DNA of 64,000 bases from an uncultured Solirubrobacterales bacterium. Lineage in GTDB: Bacteria > Actinomycetota > Thermoleophilia > Solirubrobacterales > JBBDJG01. Where the stretch lies: NCBI GenBank assembly GCA_963762195.1, contig CAVXJX010000006.1, positions 71,562-135,561 of the forward strand. The letters are read 5' to 3'. Positions 46,454 to 57,036 of this stretch are shown piece by piece. Both the position numbers and the translations under genes were made by a program. Within the stretch, counting starts at the first letter, position 1, and every line of letters begins with the position of its first letter. Below the pieces are notes generated by a model. The model had not been told where the DNA came from. It searched no databases and worked only from the letters and a program-made list of their open reading frames with translations.

Positions 46454-46780
46454 GTGACCACGCCGAAGCCAGGGGCACCCGTCAGGGGCTCGCGGACGGG
46501 CAGGCCGATCATGGCGGCACTCGACCTGCTCGGGCGGCGCTGGGCTCTGCGCGTGCTGTGGGAGCTGCGCGACGGCCGGCCGGTGTCGTTTCGCGAGCTA
46601 CGCGAGCGCTGCGACCAAATGTCCACGAGCGTCCTCAACCAGCGGCTACATGAGCTGCGGGAAGCGGGCCTGGTCGAAGCCGGAGAGAGCGGCTACCAGC
46701 TCACGCGAACCGGAGCGAGCCTGCACAGCGCGCTGGCGCCACTGGACGGCTGGGCCAAACACTGGGCAAGGACCAAATAA
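46454..46780 (+). CDS. HxlR-family winged-helix transcriptional regulator (GTG 46454, or ATG 46511)
   Basis: ALDLLGRRWALRVLWELRDGRPVSFRELRERCDQMSTSVLNQRLHELREAGLVE. Confidence 0.8.
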   Translation: MTTPKPGAPVRGSRTGRPIMAALDLLGRRWALRVLWELRDGRPVSFRELRERCDQMSTSVLNQRLHELREAGLVEAGESGYQLTRTGASLHSALAPLDGWAKHWARTK

Positions 46781-46816
46781 CTGCGAACTGCGTAACTGCG
46801 TAACTGCGCTACCGCG
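46778..46816. repeat. Second octanucleotide array (TAACTGCG / AACTGCG units, then CTACCGCG). It fills the whole spacer between the convergent HxlR and GH2 stops
   Basis: Read directly: taactgcg aactgcg taactgcg taactgcg ctaccgcg. Same strand orientation as the array at 34114-34168. Confidence 0.85.
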
Positions 46817-48687
46817 CTACCTAAACGGCCCAGTCCGCAAATACACACCCTTCACCACACCGTACGCGGGCTTCTTGCGCCCGAGGTCGTCGAGCAGGCC
46901 CTTCTCGTTGACCGGCGGATGGGGGAAGGGGTTGCCGCCCGCCCAGCCCGGCTTCACACGGAAGTCGCGCAGGTTCCAGATCAGCGCCCCGCTGATGAAC
47001 GGCTTGGAGGCGAACACGTCGAGGTGGTACTTGAGCCACTCGGCCTGGAACTCGAACGTCCCCTTCTCCGTGACCGGGCCTGAGCGGTTCGCCTCCGCGC
47101 CGAACTCCGTGATCACGAGCGCCTGGTTGGGGTAGTCGGAGTGCAGGCGGTTCAGGTAGCCGCTCAGCTGGCCGCGATCGGAGATCGTGCCGCGCGGGCC
47201 GTTGTACCAGCCGAAGTAGTCGTTGATCCCGAGCACGTCCAGCTCGAGGTAGATCCGCTGCTTCTCGACCGTCGGGAACCCCGACGTGGCGAGACCGATC
47301 AGGCGCGTTGGGTCGAGGTCCTTGACGGTGCGCTCTGCCTTGCGGATGTACTTGCGCAGGCCGGTGCCGGGCCGCGAGGCGTTCTCGTTGCCGATGCTCC
47401 ACACCGCAACAGAGGGATGGTTGACGTCCCGCTGGATCTCGGTGCGCAGCATGCGCAGCGCCTTGTTGCGAACCTCGGCGATCGCGAACAGGCGGCTCGC
47501 CATGCGGAAGACCGGGATCTCCGACCAGACCAGGATGCCGTGGCGATCGGCGAGCTCGAGCGTGTAGGGGTGGAAGGGATAGTGGGAGCGCGTGATCGTC
47601 GCACGCAGGTCGCGCAGGTGCCCGATGTTCTCGCGCATCTGGTCCGGCGTGAGCGCGGCACCGCGGCTGAGGGAGTCCTCGTGCATGCTGGCCCCGCGCA
47701 GGTTCACGTCGCGGAAGTTCAGCTGGATGCGTCCGAGCCGGCTGACCCGCAGGTTGCGAACCCCCGTGTGGACCGTGTGCTTCTGCACGATCCTCCCGCT
47801 CGAGGTGCGCAGCTGCAGGCGGCCGGTGTACAGGTAAGGCCGCTCCGGGCTCCACAGGCGGGGATTGCGGATCCGCACGCGGGCGCGGAAGCGGTTCTCG
47901 CCCCGGCCCGGCACGCGGTGCGCGCGGAAGCGCAGGTTGCGCTGTCCGAACCGCCCGGTGATGCGCGCCCTGGCGCCCTTCGTGTTCACGTTCCTGACGG
48001 TCACCTGCACACGGATCGTGGCGGCGCACGTGCGGCAGCGCAGGCTGGGCAGGTAGGCGACGTGCGCGAAGTCGAACTGGTCGACGCGCCGCAGGTACAC
48101 CTCCCTGAGGATGCCGTTGTAGTTCCACCATCCGCCCTCGAACGCGCCCGACGCGCGCTGCGACAGCGGCGGGATGTCGAACTTCTGCCGGCGGCTGTCC
48201 ACGCGCACGACGAGACGGTTGGTCCCCCGGCGGCGGACACTCTTGGCACGCAGCTCGAACGGCAGGTAGGCGCCCACGTGCTTGCCGAGCGGCTTGCCGT
48301 TCAGCCACACCCGCGCGCGATAGTTGACGGACTCGAAGCGCAGCACCCACTTGGACGGTCTCGGACGCGCGCGGCAGGCGGAAGTCCTTGCGATACCAGT
48401 GCACGTTGCCCATGTAGCTCGCGTTGGAGAAGTCGCCCGCGTTCGACGCGTTGGGGATGCGTCGTCGGCGCCCACCCGGCGAGGCTCTGCTGCGCCTGCA
48501 GTCGCTGCGCGATCCCCGCGTCGGTGGGATCGGCGCGATGGTGCCATCCCCCGCCCAGCAGGTAACGGCCCGACGGCCCGTCTCTGTAGACGGAGCCGGG
48601 CTTGGGCCGGTCGGCCGCGGCCGCGGGGGTCGCGGCGACACAGACGAGCAGCGAGCACAGCAAAGCGATCCCTGCGAAGCGGCTCAT
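46817..48687 (-). CDS. Secreted glycoside hydrolase family 2 (beta-galactosidase/glucuronidase-like); two frame changes (~48460 and ~48360)
   Basis: The signal peptide MSRFAGIALLCSLLVCVAATPAAAA, the segment IPNASNAGDFSNASYMGNVHWYRKDFRLP and the segment SKWVLRFESVNYRARVWLNGKPLGKHVGAY... lie in three frames. SIGNE / TEFG are the catalytic Glu contexts. Confidence 0.8.
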
Positions 48688-48791
48688 GTGGCCGAAAAGG
48701 TAAAGGTTGGGCCCGCCGTAACCGCCGGTTGCCAATTACTCTTCAGGTTCGCTTGCAACCCCGGCCCGCGTGGCCCTGCCAGGAGGAAGCT

Positions 48792-49971
48792 TTGAACGAG
48801 GTCGTGATCACCGCTGCCGCACGGACCGCCGTGGGCCGCTACGGAGGAAGCTTGAAGGGCGTCCCGCCCACGGATCTGGGCGCAACGGCCGTGCAGACTG
48901 CGCTCGAGCGCGCCGCGATCGATCCGGCACAGGTGGACCAGGTCGTGTTCGGCAACGTGATCCACTCGGCGCCCGAGGACATGTACATGGCGCGCGTGGT
49001 TGCGATGAAGGCCGGGATCCCGAAGGAGGTGCCGGCGTTCACGGTGAACCGGCTGTGCGGAACGGGCGTGCAGGCGATCGTGTCCGCGGCCCAGACGATC
49101 GCGGTGGGGGAGGCAGACGTCGCGGTCGCCGGCGGCGCCGAGTCCATGAGCCGTGGCCCGTACTGGATGCCCGACGCGCGCTGGGGCGCCCGCATGGGCG
49201 ACACCGGCGTGGTGGACCCGGTCGTCGGCGGGCTCACCGATCCGTTCGACAAGATCCACATGGGCGTGACTGCCGAGAACCTGGCCGAGTCACACGACAT
49301 CAGCCGTGAGCAGCAGGACGAGTTCTCGGTCGAGTCGCACATGCGCGCCGCCCGCGCACAGGAGGAGGGCCTGTTCGACGAAGAGATCGTGCCGGTCGAG
49401 CTGAAGTCCAAGAAGGGGACGAGCGAGTTCACCCGCGACGAGCACGTGCGCCCGGACGCATCCGTCGAAGGCCTCGGCAAGCTGAAGCCGGTGTTCAAGC
49501 CCGACGGAACCGTCACCGCGGGCAACGCGTCCGGCATGAACGACGCCGGCGCCGCGGTCGTGCTGATGTCCGCGCAGAAGGCGGAGGAGCTCGGCGCTCC
49601 GGTGCGGGCGCGCATCCTTTCCTACTCCTACTGCGGCGTCGACCCGCGGATCATGGGCATCGGCCCGGTGCCCGCGGTGCGCAAGGCGATGGACCGCGCC
49701 GGGCCGGTCACTCGACGACGTCGACGTGATCGAGCTGAACGAGGCCTTCGCCGCCCAGTCGCTGGCCGTGATCAAGGATCTGGACCTCGACCGCGAGAAG
49801 GTCAACCCCAACGGCGGCGCGATCGCGCTCGGGCATCCGATCGCGGCCACGGGCGCCGTGATCACCGCGAAGATCCTCTACGAGATGGATCGCCGCGAGC
49901 ACGACCTCGGCCTGGTGACGCTGTGCATCGGCGGCGGCCAGGGCATCGCGATGCTCTTGAGCCGCAACTAG
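48792..49971 (+). CDS. Acetyl-CoA C-acetyltransferase (thiolase II), TTG start; 1-nt insertion near 49705
   Basis: [11 protein letters not shown] (active Cys). The next frame then gives [36 protein letters not shown] and CIGGGQG. Confidence 0.9.
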
Positions 49972-51033
49972 TCCGAGGGACGCTCCTTTGCGGCGGTGAA
50001 CGCCAGGCGGCGGCCGTCGCGCGACCAGCTCAGGTCGTGGAACTCGGTATCCGGCGGGAAGGTCGCGAGGGTGCGCTGGCCGCTGCCGTCCGGCGCCGTC
50101 ACGCGGACGTGGCCGTCGAAGTCCGTGAAGGCGATCAGGTCCGCGACCGGGGACCAGACGCTTCCGCCGACGTGCTCTGCGATCAGCCGTGGGACTCCTC
50201 GTGGTGTCGCCTCCAGGACGAACAGGGCCTGGTCGCGAGCTCCGGTGTCCGAGTGCCCGGTGAATGCAACGCGTGTTCCGTCGTGCGACCAGGTCGGGTA
50301 ACCGTTCACGATCTGCGGACCCACCCGTTGCAGGCGCCGGCCACGGGGTGACATCTTCCAGAGGCCGAACTTCGGAGTCTCGCGCCCGAAGAGCAGCCAT
50401 TTGCCGTTCGGCGACCACAGCGGCTGGCGCTCGTCGCCGCTCAGGCGCACGCGCTTGTCGCCGGTTCCGGTGCGGGAGACGACGGCGACGTCGAACTCCC
50501 CGCCGCTTGTCACGCCATCTTTGGACACGGGCTCTCCCTCGCGCAGGTATGCGATGCGGTTGCCGTCCGGCGACCACTCCGGCCCGCCGAGCGGCGAGCG
50601 CCGAGGAGGCCCAGGACGCAAGCTGCCGGACGCCTCGCCCGTTGGCCCGGATCGTGGCGATGCCGGTCCGCGAATGGTCCTCGTTGCGGTGCCGGAACAG
50701 GAGCTCGTCGCGCGCCGGCGACCAGGCGACCCAGTTCGACCGTCCGAAGCGCCGCGATCGTGTCAATGCCCGCCGCTTCCCGCTCTCGAGCGTGACCACG
50801 ATGATCGCGCCGTCTGCGTAGGCGAGCCGCCGGCCGTCGCGTGACCAGGTCGGCGAGTACCGGGTGCCCTTGCCTTTGGTGACCTGGCGCAGGCCCGCGC
50901 CGTCGCTGCCCACGACGAACACCTGGGCCTGGTGGCCGAGCGCCGGGCCGGTCTGCGCCTGAAGCAGCGGTACGAGGACGACCGCCGCCACCACGAGCAG
51001 CAGGAGCGCCGGGAGCAGTAGGCGAACCCTCAT
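49968..51033 (-). CDS. TolB-like / PD40 beta-propeller repeat protein with a signal peptide; frame change near 50618
   Basis: [20 protein letters not shown]..., with repeated WSPDG / WSRDG / WSPNG motifs in two adjacent frames. Its stop shares the palindrome CTAG with the thiolase stop. Confidence 0.75.
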
Positions 51034-51099
51034 GTTGCAGGGGATATACCCCGCGATACGCTTCAGACGCCTGACTTTGAGAGCTAAAGAGGAGGAGCA

Positions 51100-51520
51100 G
51101 TGCCGGTCTTCAAAGACGACCAAGAGGTCTACCAGTACATCGGGAAGCTTTTCCAGGATCTGGCCGAACGACGACGAGCTCGGGCCGAAGTTCCGCCGGG
51201 CGGACACGATCGTCCAGTACAAGTACACGAATCCCGACTCGCAGATCACGGTCAAGATGAAGGACGGCGAGGAGGGCCAGGTCGACTTCGGCCCGACCGA
51301 CATGCAGCCCGAGATCGTGATGGCGATGGAAGCCGACACGGCGCACAAGTTCTGGCTCGGCAAGGTCAACGTGACGATGGCGCTCGCCAAGGGGCAGATG
51401 AAGGCGAAGGGCCCGGTGGCGAAGATCCTGAAGCTCGTGCCGCTCGTGAAGCCCGTGTTTCCCCGTTACAAGGAGATGCTCGAGAAGCAGAACCGCGACG
51501 ACCTGCTGAAGGCGGCGTAA
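51100..51520 (+). CDS. SCP2 sterol-carrier-like domain protein (GTG start); 1-nt insertion near 51164
   Basis: MPVFKDDQEVYQYIGKLFQDLA joins DDELGPKFRRADTIVQYKYTNPDSQITV...KFWLGKVNVTMALAKGQMKAKGP. Confidence 0.75.
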
Positions 51521-53050
51521 TGGCCATCGACACGCAGGCCCCCAGCGCAGTAACCCACTACAAGAACTACATCGGCGGCGAGTGGGTCGATGCCGCCTCC
51601 GGCGAGACGTTCGACGTCATCAACCCCGCCACCGAGGAGCTGGTGGCGACCGTCCCGAGCTGCGGCCGCGAGGACGCGCAGCGCGCGATCGCCGCGGCGC
51701 GCGAGGCGTTCGACTCCGGCGTGTGGACCGGCATCGAGGCGGAGGAGCGCAAGCGGATCATGCTGTCCGTCGTGGAGCGCATCGCCGCCGCCGAGGACGA
51801 GCTCGCGACGCTCGAGACGATGCAGGCCGGCATGACGATTCGCGCGACCAGCACGGTCGTGATCGGCTACTGCGTGCAGCACTGGGACTACTTCGCGCGG
51901 CAGGCGACGCGGCCGATGCAGGAGGCGCTCGAGCCGGTCACCTACCCGACGCATTCCTACAACTTCGTGCTGCGGGACCCGGTCGGCGTGTGCGCCGGGA
52001 TCATCCCGTGGAACTTCCCGCTCGTGATGGCGGTCTGGAAGCTGGCGCCGGCGCTCGCGATGGGCAACACGTGCGTGCTGAAGCCTGCGTCCAACACGCC
52101 GCTGACCGCGCTGAAGCTGGCGGAGCTCCTCGACGACACCGACCTGCCGAAGGGCGTCGTGAACGTGATCACCGGCGGCGGCTCGACGGTCGGCGAGGAG
52201 CTTGCCTCGCACCCGGACGTCGACAAGGTGGCGTTCACCGGCTCCACGGTCGTCGGGCGGCGCATCATGCAGCTCGCCTCCAGCACGATCAAGAAGACGA
52301 CGCTCGAGCTGGGCGGCAAGTCGCCCAACATCGTGTTCGAGGACGCCGACATGGAGCAGGCCGTCGACGGCGCGCTCTGGGGAACCTTCTTCCACCAGGG
52401 ACAGGTCTGCGAGTCGGGCACCCGCCTGCTCGTGCCGGAGTCGATCCACGACGAGTTCGTCGAGCGCCTCGTCGAGCGCGCGAAGCAGATCAAGGTCGGC
52501 GACACGATGGACTACGACTCGGATCTGGGCCCGCTGGTGTCGGCGCAGCAGCGCGACACCGTCGAGGGCTACGTGCGCATCGGCCAGGAGGAAGGTGCGA
52601 AGCTCGTGCTCGGCGGCAAGCGTCCGGAGGGCGACGCCTACGAGCGCGGCTACTGGTACGAGCCGACGATCTTCACCGACGTCGACAACTCGATGACGAT
52701 CGCGCAGGAGGAGATCTTCGGACCGGTGCTGTCGGTGATCAAGTTCTCCGACGACGACGACGCGATCCGCATCGCCAACGACTCGATCTACGGCCTCGCG
52801 TCAGGCGTCTGGTCGTCGGACCCGGACCGCTGCCTGGAGACCGCCAAGCGGCTGCGGGCCGGGACGGTGTGGATCAACGACTACCACCTGATCAACTGCA
52901 TCGCCCCGTTCGGCGGCTACAAGCAGTCGGGCATCGGCCGGGAGCTGGGCACGTACGGCCTCAACGAGTACACCGAGGTCAAGCACGTGCACTGGGACCT
53001 CAACACTCCGCAAGGAGCAGAAGCTCTCGAGCGTGCTGCTGTCGGAGTGA
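51520..53050 (+). CDS. NAD(P)-dependent aldehyde dehydrogenase; probable 1-nt insertion near 53010
   Basis: GIIPWNFPL, KPASNTPL, FTGSTVVG, ELGGKSP, QGQVCESGTR (catalytic Cys), EEIFGPV. As sequenced the frame runs 230 nt into non-coding-looking sequence. The next frame gives ..KEQKLSSVLLSE and then TGA at 53048-53050. The ATG overlaps the SCP2 stop (TAATG). Confidence 0.9.
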
Positions 53051-53143
53051 CGGTCGTTGTGCTGACTTTCCCCCCTGTGGGGGGGAGAACTCAGCACAGC
53101 GCGAGGGGCGCACGGCGGAGAGTCGCCGGGGTCACATCTCCTC

Positions 53144-53425
53144 ATGACCGTCAACGGTTACAGCTCGCCGGAGGAGGCAGGCCGCGGCGACATTCCGGAC
53201 CAGTTCGTAGACGTGCTGGGTGTGCAGATCACAGGGGACAAGGCATGCGTGTGGACGTTGACGAACGACCATCCCCCTTTTGAGGAGGATGAGTTGTTCC
53301 TGGAACGCAGAGGGACGCGCTGGTTTCCTACCCACGGATGGGGCGGGTGGACAACGGCCCCGCCGGAGGTACTCGATAAGGCTGTGCAGCTGGGGCATCG
53401 CCCCGGCTCGGGCCAAACACCCTAA
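53144..53425 (+). CDS. Orphan hypothetical protein (93 aa)
   Basis: The ORF has protein-like composition but weaker GC3 bias than its neighbours and no clear RBS. Confidence 0.35.
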   Translation: MTVNGYSSPEEAGRGDIPDQFVDVLGVQITGDKACVWTLTNDHPPFEEDELFLERRGTRWFPTHGWGGWTTAPPEVLDKAVQLGHRPGSGQTP

Positions 53426-53436
53426 CGCGCTGCACT

Positions 53437-53489
53437 GCGAACTTTCGCGTTTCGCACCCGACACGTGGGTGCCAGGCGCGAAAGTTCGC
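53437..53489. terminator. Nested hairpin between convergent genes: outer GCGAACTTTCGCG / CGCGAAAGTTCGC (13 bp, perfect), inner GCACCC / GGGTGC
   Basis: Read directly. Confidence 0.5.
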
Positions 53490-53497
53490 CTGCCGGG

Positions 53498-54457
53498 CTA
53501 CCTGCGCTTGGCCAGCTCGGCCTTCGCCGTGCGGTGGTAGCGCCGCATCTTGCTGAGGTTCTCGCGGATCGCCTGCAGCTTCGTCTTCGGGATCTCGAAC
53601 CCGCCCACGAACTTGTGCGGGACGAGCGCCCAGCCGCCGTCCTCGCGCACGAGGTCTCCGCGGACCTGGAAGTTGGCCTGCCACGTGAACTCGGGCTCGT
53701 GCTCGTGCGCGGTGAGGCAGATCCGGGTCGGCGCCGCCGGCATCCACTCCGGCAGGTCGCCGAGCCGCACCCGCCCGGCGGCGCGGTCGGGCTGGATCTC
53801 CACGCGACTGGACAGCGGGAATCCATCGGGACCGACCACCGACAGCACGGCTGTGGTGTGGCGCTTGCCCAGCTCGTCCATGCGGTCGTCCCAGGCCGGC
53901 GACCCGCCCTCGGGCTCGGGGAGAGGGACCTCCGGCTCCACGGAGTGGTGCGTGCGCACCTCCTCCATGCGGGCGCCGTAGAGCGTCGGCTCCTTGGAGA
54001 AGTCGCCCTCCGGCCACACGAACACGCGCTCCGGGCGCACGTAGATGTAGAGGCGCAGGTAGTACCAGTCCACCCTGCGACGGATGAAGGCCGGGGGATG
54101 CAAGCTCTTGGTGGCGGGCAGCTTCTCGGCGCTCTCGCGCCAGTAGCGCTCACGGTTGGACTCGAGGTTCGTGTCGTCGACGTGTGCGGTCCCCTGGACG
54201 AGCACCGCACACGGGTTCTCCATGCGGGAGCCGGTCGGGTCGGAGAACAGCAGGGACACGTGCGGGTTGCGCGCCGCGTCGTGGGCCTTCTTCGGGTAGC
54301 CGATCCCTGTCGTGACGTCGATCGCGCCGGCTCCCATGCGGTAGTACGGCGTGACGGGCCACGTGATCGGCTGGCCGGACGCGTCGATGGTCGTCAGCTC
54401 CGTGGTCACGAAGCGCTCGAAGACCTGCTGGACGTCTGCCGGGAGCGAGCCGGTCAT
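53498..54457 (-). CDS. Two-domain pyridoxamine 5'-phosphate oxidase-like (FMN/F420-binding split-barrel) protein
   Basis: TTIDASGQPITWPVTPYY...NPHVSLLFSD resembles the PPOX-class fold. The assignment is by resemblance only. Confidence 0.7.
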   Translation of the reverse strand: MTGSLPADVQQVFERFVTTELTTIDASGQPITWPVTPYYRMGAGAIDVTTGIGYPKKAHDAARNPHVSLLFSDPTGSRMENPCAVLVQGTAHVDDTNLESNRERYWRESAEKLPATKSLHPPAFIRRRVDWYYLRLYIYVRPERVFVWPEGDFSKEPTLYGARMEEVRTHHSVEPEVPLPEPEGGSPAWDDRMDELGKRHTTAVLSVVGPDGFPLSSRVEIQPDRAAGRVRLGDLPEWMPAAPTRICLTAHEHEPEFTWQANFQVRGDLVREDGGWALVPHKFVGGFEIPKTKLQAIRENLSKMRRYHRTAKAELAKRR

Positions 54458-54480
54458 CGAGGCGAGTATAAGTTCCCGAG

Positions 54481-54828
54481 ATGGCCGGAGACGGCGACAT
54501 CCGCGTTGTGCTCACCGACACGGCCGCCGACGTGATCGGCCGGGTGCGCGCCGAGCGCGGCGACGACCTGTCGCTCGTGATCGGAAACGGCTGCTGCGAC
54601 TCGACCGCGCCCTTCCTGTTCGCCGGCTACCTGGCGGGCCCGAACGAGCGCGAGGTCGCGACGCTCGCGGGCGTGCGCGTGTTCGTCGAGGACGGGATCG
54701 CGAAGTCGTTCGAGGGACGCGAGGTCGTGGTCGACGCGAGCGAGGGTGACGTGCAGCCCGACAGCTTCTCGTGCGAGGCCGAGCTGGGCTTCCGCTTCTC
54801 GCTCGACCGCCTCCCGGCGGTTCAGTAG
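54481..54828 (+). CDS. DUF779 family protein
   Basis: LSLVIGNGCCDSTAPFLF contains the characteristic GCCD motif. This family is often found near aldehyde dehydrogenases. Confidence 0.75.
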   Translation: MAGDGDIRVVLTDTAADVIGRVRAERGDDLSLVIGNGCCDSTAPFLFAGYLAGPNEREVATLAGVRVFVEDGIAKSFEGREVVVDASEGDVQPDSFSCEAELGFRFSLDRLPAVQ

Positions 54829-55445
54829 CCCCAGTCGCCGGGGAGCAGGATGCGGGGCTCGTCGCCGCTTGCGTCCACGCGCGGCAGGATCGGCTCGACG
54901 TTCGCCTCGCGGGCGGCCGCCAGCGCCTCCTCCGCGGTCCCGTACTTCGACAGGACCTGGAGCTTGTGGATCGTCGGGAACACGAGGAGCATCTCGCCGC
55001 GGCCGTGGCGCGCGAGCGCCTCGGGCGGCGTGAGCCAGGCCGTCTCCACGATCTCCTCGCCGTCGGGCTCGGGCGACGAGTGGGACGGAGCGAGCGCGAG
55101 GTAGAACCACGTGTCGTAGCGGACCTTCACCTCCGCCGGCGTGATCCAGCGCGCGAAGGGGACGAGCTCGGCGGGGTCGGACAGCGCCACGCCGGCCTCC
55201 TCCTCCAGCTCGCGCACGGCGGTCAGGCGGTGCGCCGCGTCGTCGGTGCTCTTGCCGTCGACGGCGCCGCCGGGGAACACCCACACGTCGGCCATGAAGC
55301 GCGCGGCCGACGTGCGCTTGCCCATCAGGACCTGCAGCCCGGCGGAGGTGTGGCGGCCGCCACGCCGCAGCAGGATCACCGCCGCGGCCGGCCGCGGCTC
55401 GGTGGGGGCGCCCGGATTCAGCTCCTCGATCGGGTGGTCGGCCAC
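54822..55445 (-). CDS. NUDIX hydrolase
   Basis: Nudix box GGAVDGKSTDDAAHRLTAVRELEEEAGV. Confidence 0.85.
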   Translation of the reverse strand: MADHPIEELNPGAPTEPRPAAAVILLRRGGRHTSAGLQVLMGKRTSAARFMADVWVFPGGAVDGKSTDDAAHRLTAVRELEEEAGVALSDPAELVPFARWITPAEVKVRYDTWFYLALAPSHSSPEPDGEEIVETAWLTPPEALARHGRGEMLLVFPTIHKLQVLSKYGTAEEALAAAREANVEPILPRVDASGDEPRILLPGDWGY

Positions 55446-55476
55446 GTCCCCGCTGTCTACAGCAGCGAGGGCGCGT

Positions 55477-55680
55477 GTGTCAAACTACGCCGCTCCGTTG
55501 GCAGACACAGCCACAAGCCAGAAGTGGATCTGCGAGTCGTGCGGGTTCATCTACGACCCCGTCGAGGGCGACCTCGACGGCGGCATCGAGCCGGGCACGC
55601 CGTTCGAGTCGATCGCGGACGACTGGTTCTGCCCCGTGTGCGGAGCGCGCAAGAAGGACTTCGTGCCGTACGAGGAGTAA
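55477..55680 (+). CDS. Rubredoxin (GTG start provisional)
   Basis: KWICESCGFIYDPVEGD...GTPFESIADDWFCPVCGARKKDF carries two CxxCG knuckles. Confidence 0.85.
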   Translation: MSNYAAPLADTATSQKWICESCGFIYDPVEGDLDGGIEPGTPFESIADDWFCPVCGARKKDFVPYEE

Positions 55681-56995
55681 CTACGCGGCCTGTAGGTACG
55701 ACTCGCTCGCGCGTAGCCGCGACGATCGAGTCGGCCACCACCTCGACGAGCTCCTCCAGCACGTCCGCCTCCATCGACAGCGGCGGCATCAGCACCACCA
55801 CGTCGCCGAGCGGACGTACGATCACGCCCCGGGCGCGCGCCTCGAGCGTGACGCGGTGCCCCATGCGTTCGAAGGGCCCGTGCGATGCCAGCTCGATGCC
55901 GCACATGAAGCCCATCCGGCGGATCTCCTTCACGTAGGGCAGCGGCTCGACCAGCTCGTCGAGCAGCTGGTCGAGCAGCGCGATGCGGTCCTGCAGCCGC
56001 TCGAGCGTGCGCTCCTGTTCGAACAGCTCGAGCGTCGCGATCGCGGCCGCGCACGCAAGTGGGTTGCCCGTGTACGTGTGGCCGTGGAAGAAGGTCTTGA
56101 ACTCCTCGTACCGCCCCAGGAATCCCTCGTACACTCGCTTGGTCGTGAGGGTCGCCGCGAGCGGCATGTAGCCACCGGTGAGGCCCTTGGCCAGGCACAG
56201 GAAGTCCGGCACCACGCCCTCGTGCTCGCACGCGAACATGCGCCCGGTGCGGCCGAAGCCGGTCGCCACCTCGTCGCACACCAGGAACACTTCGTGGGCG
56301 TCGCACAGGCCCCGCACGGCGCGCAGGTAGCCCGACGGCTGCAGCAGCATGCCGGCGGCTCCCTGCACGAGCGGCTCGACCACGACCGCGGCGATCTCGT
56401 TCCTGTGCTTCGAGAGCACCTCGTCGAGCGCCGCGACGTCCCCGGCCGGCACGCGGTACGCGTCGAACAGCAGCGGCCGGTACATCGAGTGGAAGAGGTC
56501 GATCCCCCCGACCGAGACCGAGCCGACCGTGTCGCCGTGGTAGGAGTTCTCGAGACACACGAACTTCGTGCGAGCGGGCTGCGGCTTGGCGGCCTGCTGC
56601 CAGTACTGGAACGCCATCTTCAGGGCCACCTCGACCGCCGTGGACCCGCTGTCCGAGTAGAAGACCCGGCTCAGCGGCCCGGCGCGCCACCTGCGCGAGC
56701 CCGGGGCGATCGCGACGAGCCGGTCCGCCAGCTCCTCGGCGCCCGGGTGGGACAACCCGAGCATCGTGGAATGCGCGACGCGGCCGAGCTGGTCCCGCAC
56801 GGCGTCGTCGATGTGGGGATGGCCGTGACCATGGACGTTGCACCAGAGCGAGGAAACGCCATCGATGTAGCGGCGGCCCTGCGTGTCCGTCAGCCACACA
56901 CCCTGTGCGGACTCGATCACAGGCGCTCCCTCGCCGTCGAAGCCGCGCATCTGCGTGAATGGGTGCCAGACGTGGGACCTGGGGCGTCCGAGCAT
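55681..56995 (-). CDS. bioA: Adenosylmethionine-8-amino-7-oxononanoate aminotransferase; probable frame change near 55710
   Basis: HVWHPFTQM, SSLWCNVHGHGHP, FYSDSGSTAVEVALKMA, DEVATGFGRTG, KGLTGGY. As sequenced the ORF overruns the convergent rubredoxin gene by ~130 nt. The adjacent frame ends ...ASESYLQAA with TAG at 55683-55681. Confidence 0.9.
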
Positions 56996-57036
56996 CGTGC
57001 GATGGTAGCCTCGGCTCCGGTCGTCGGCGACCCCCT

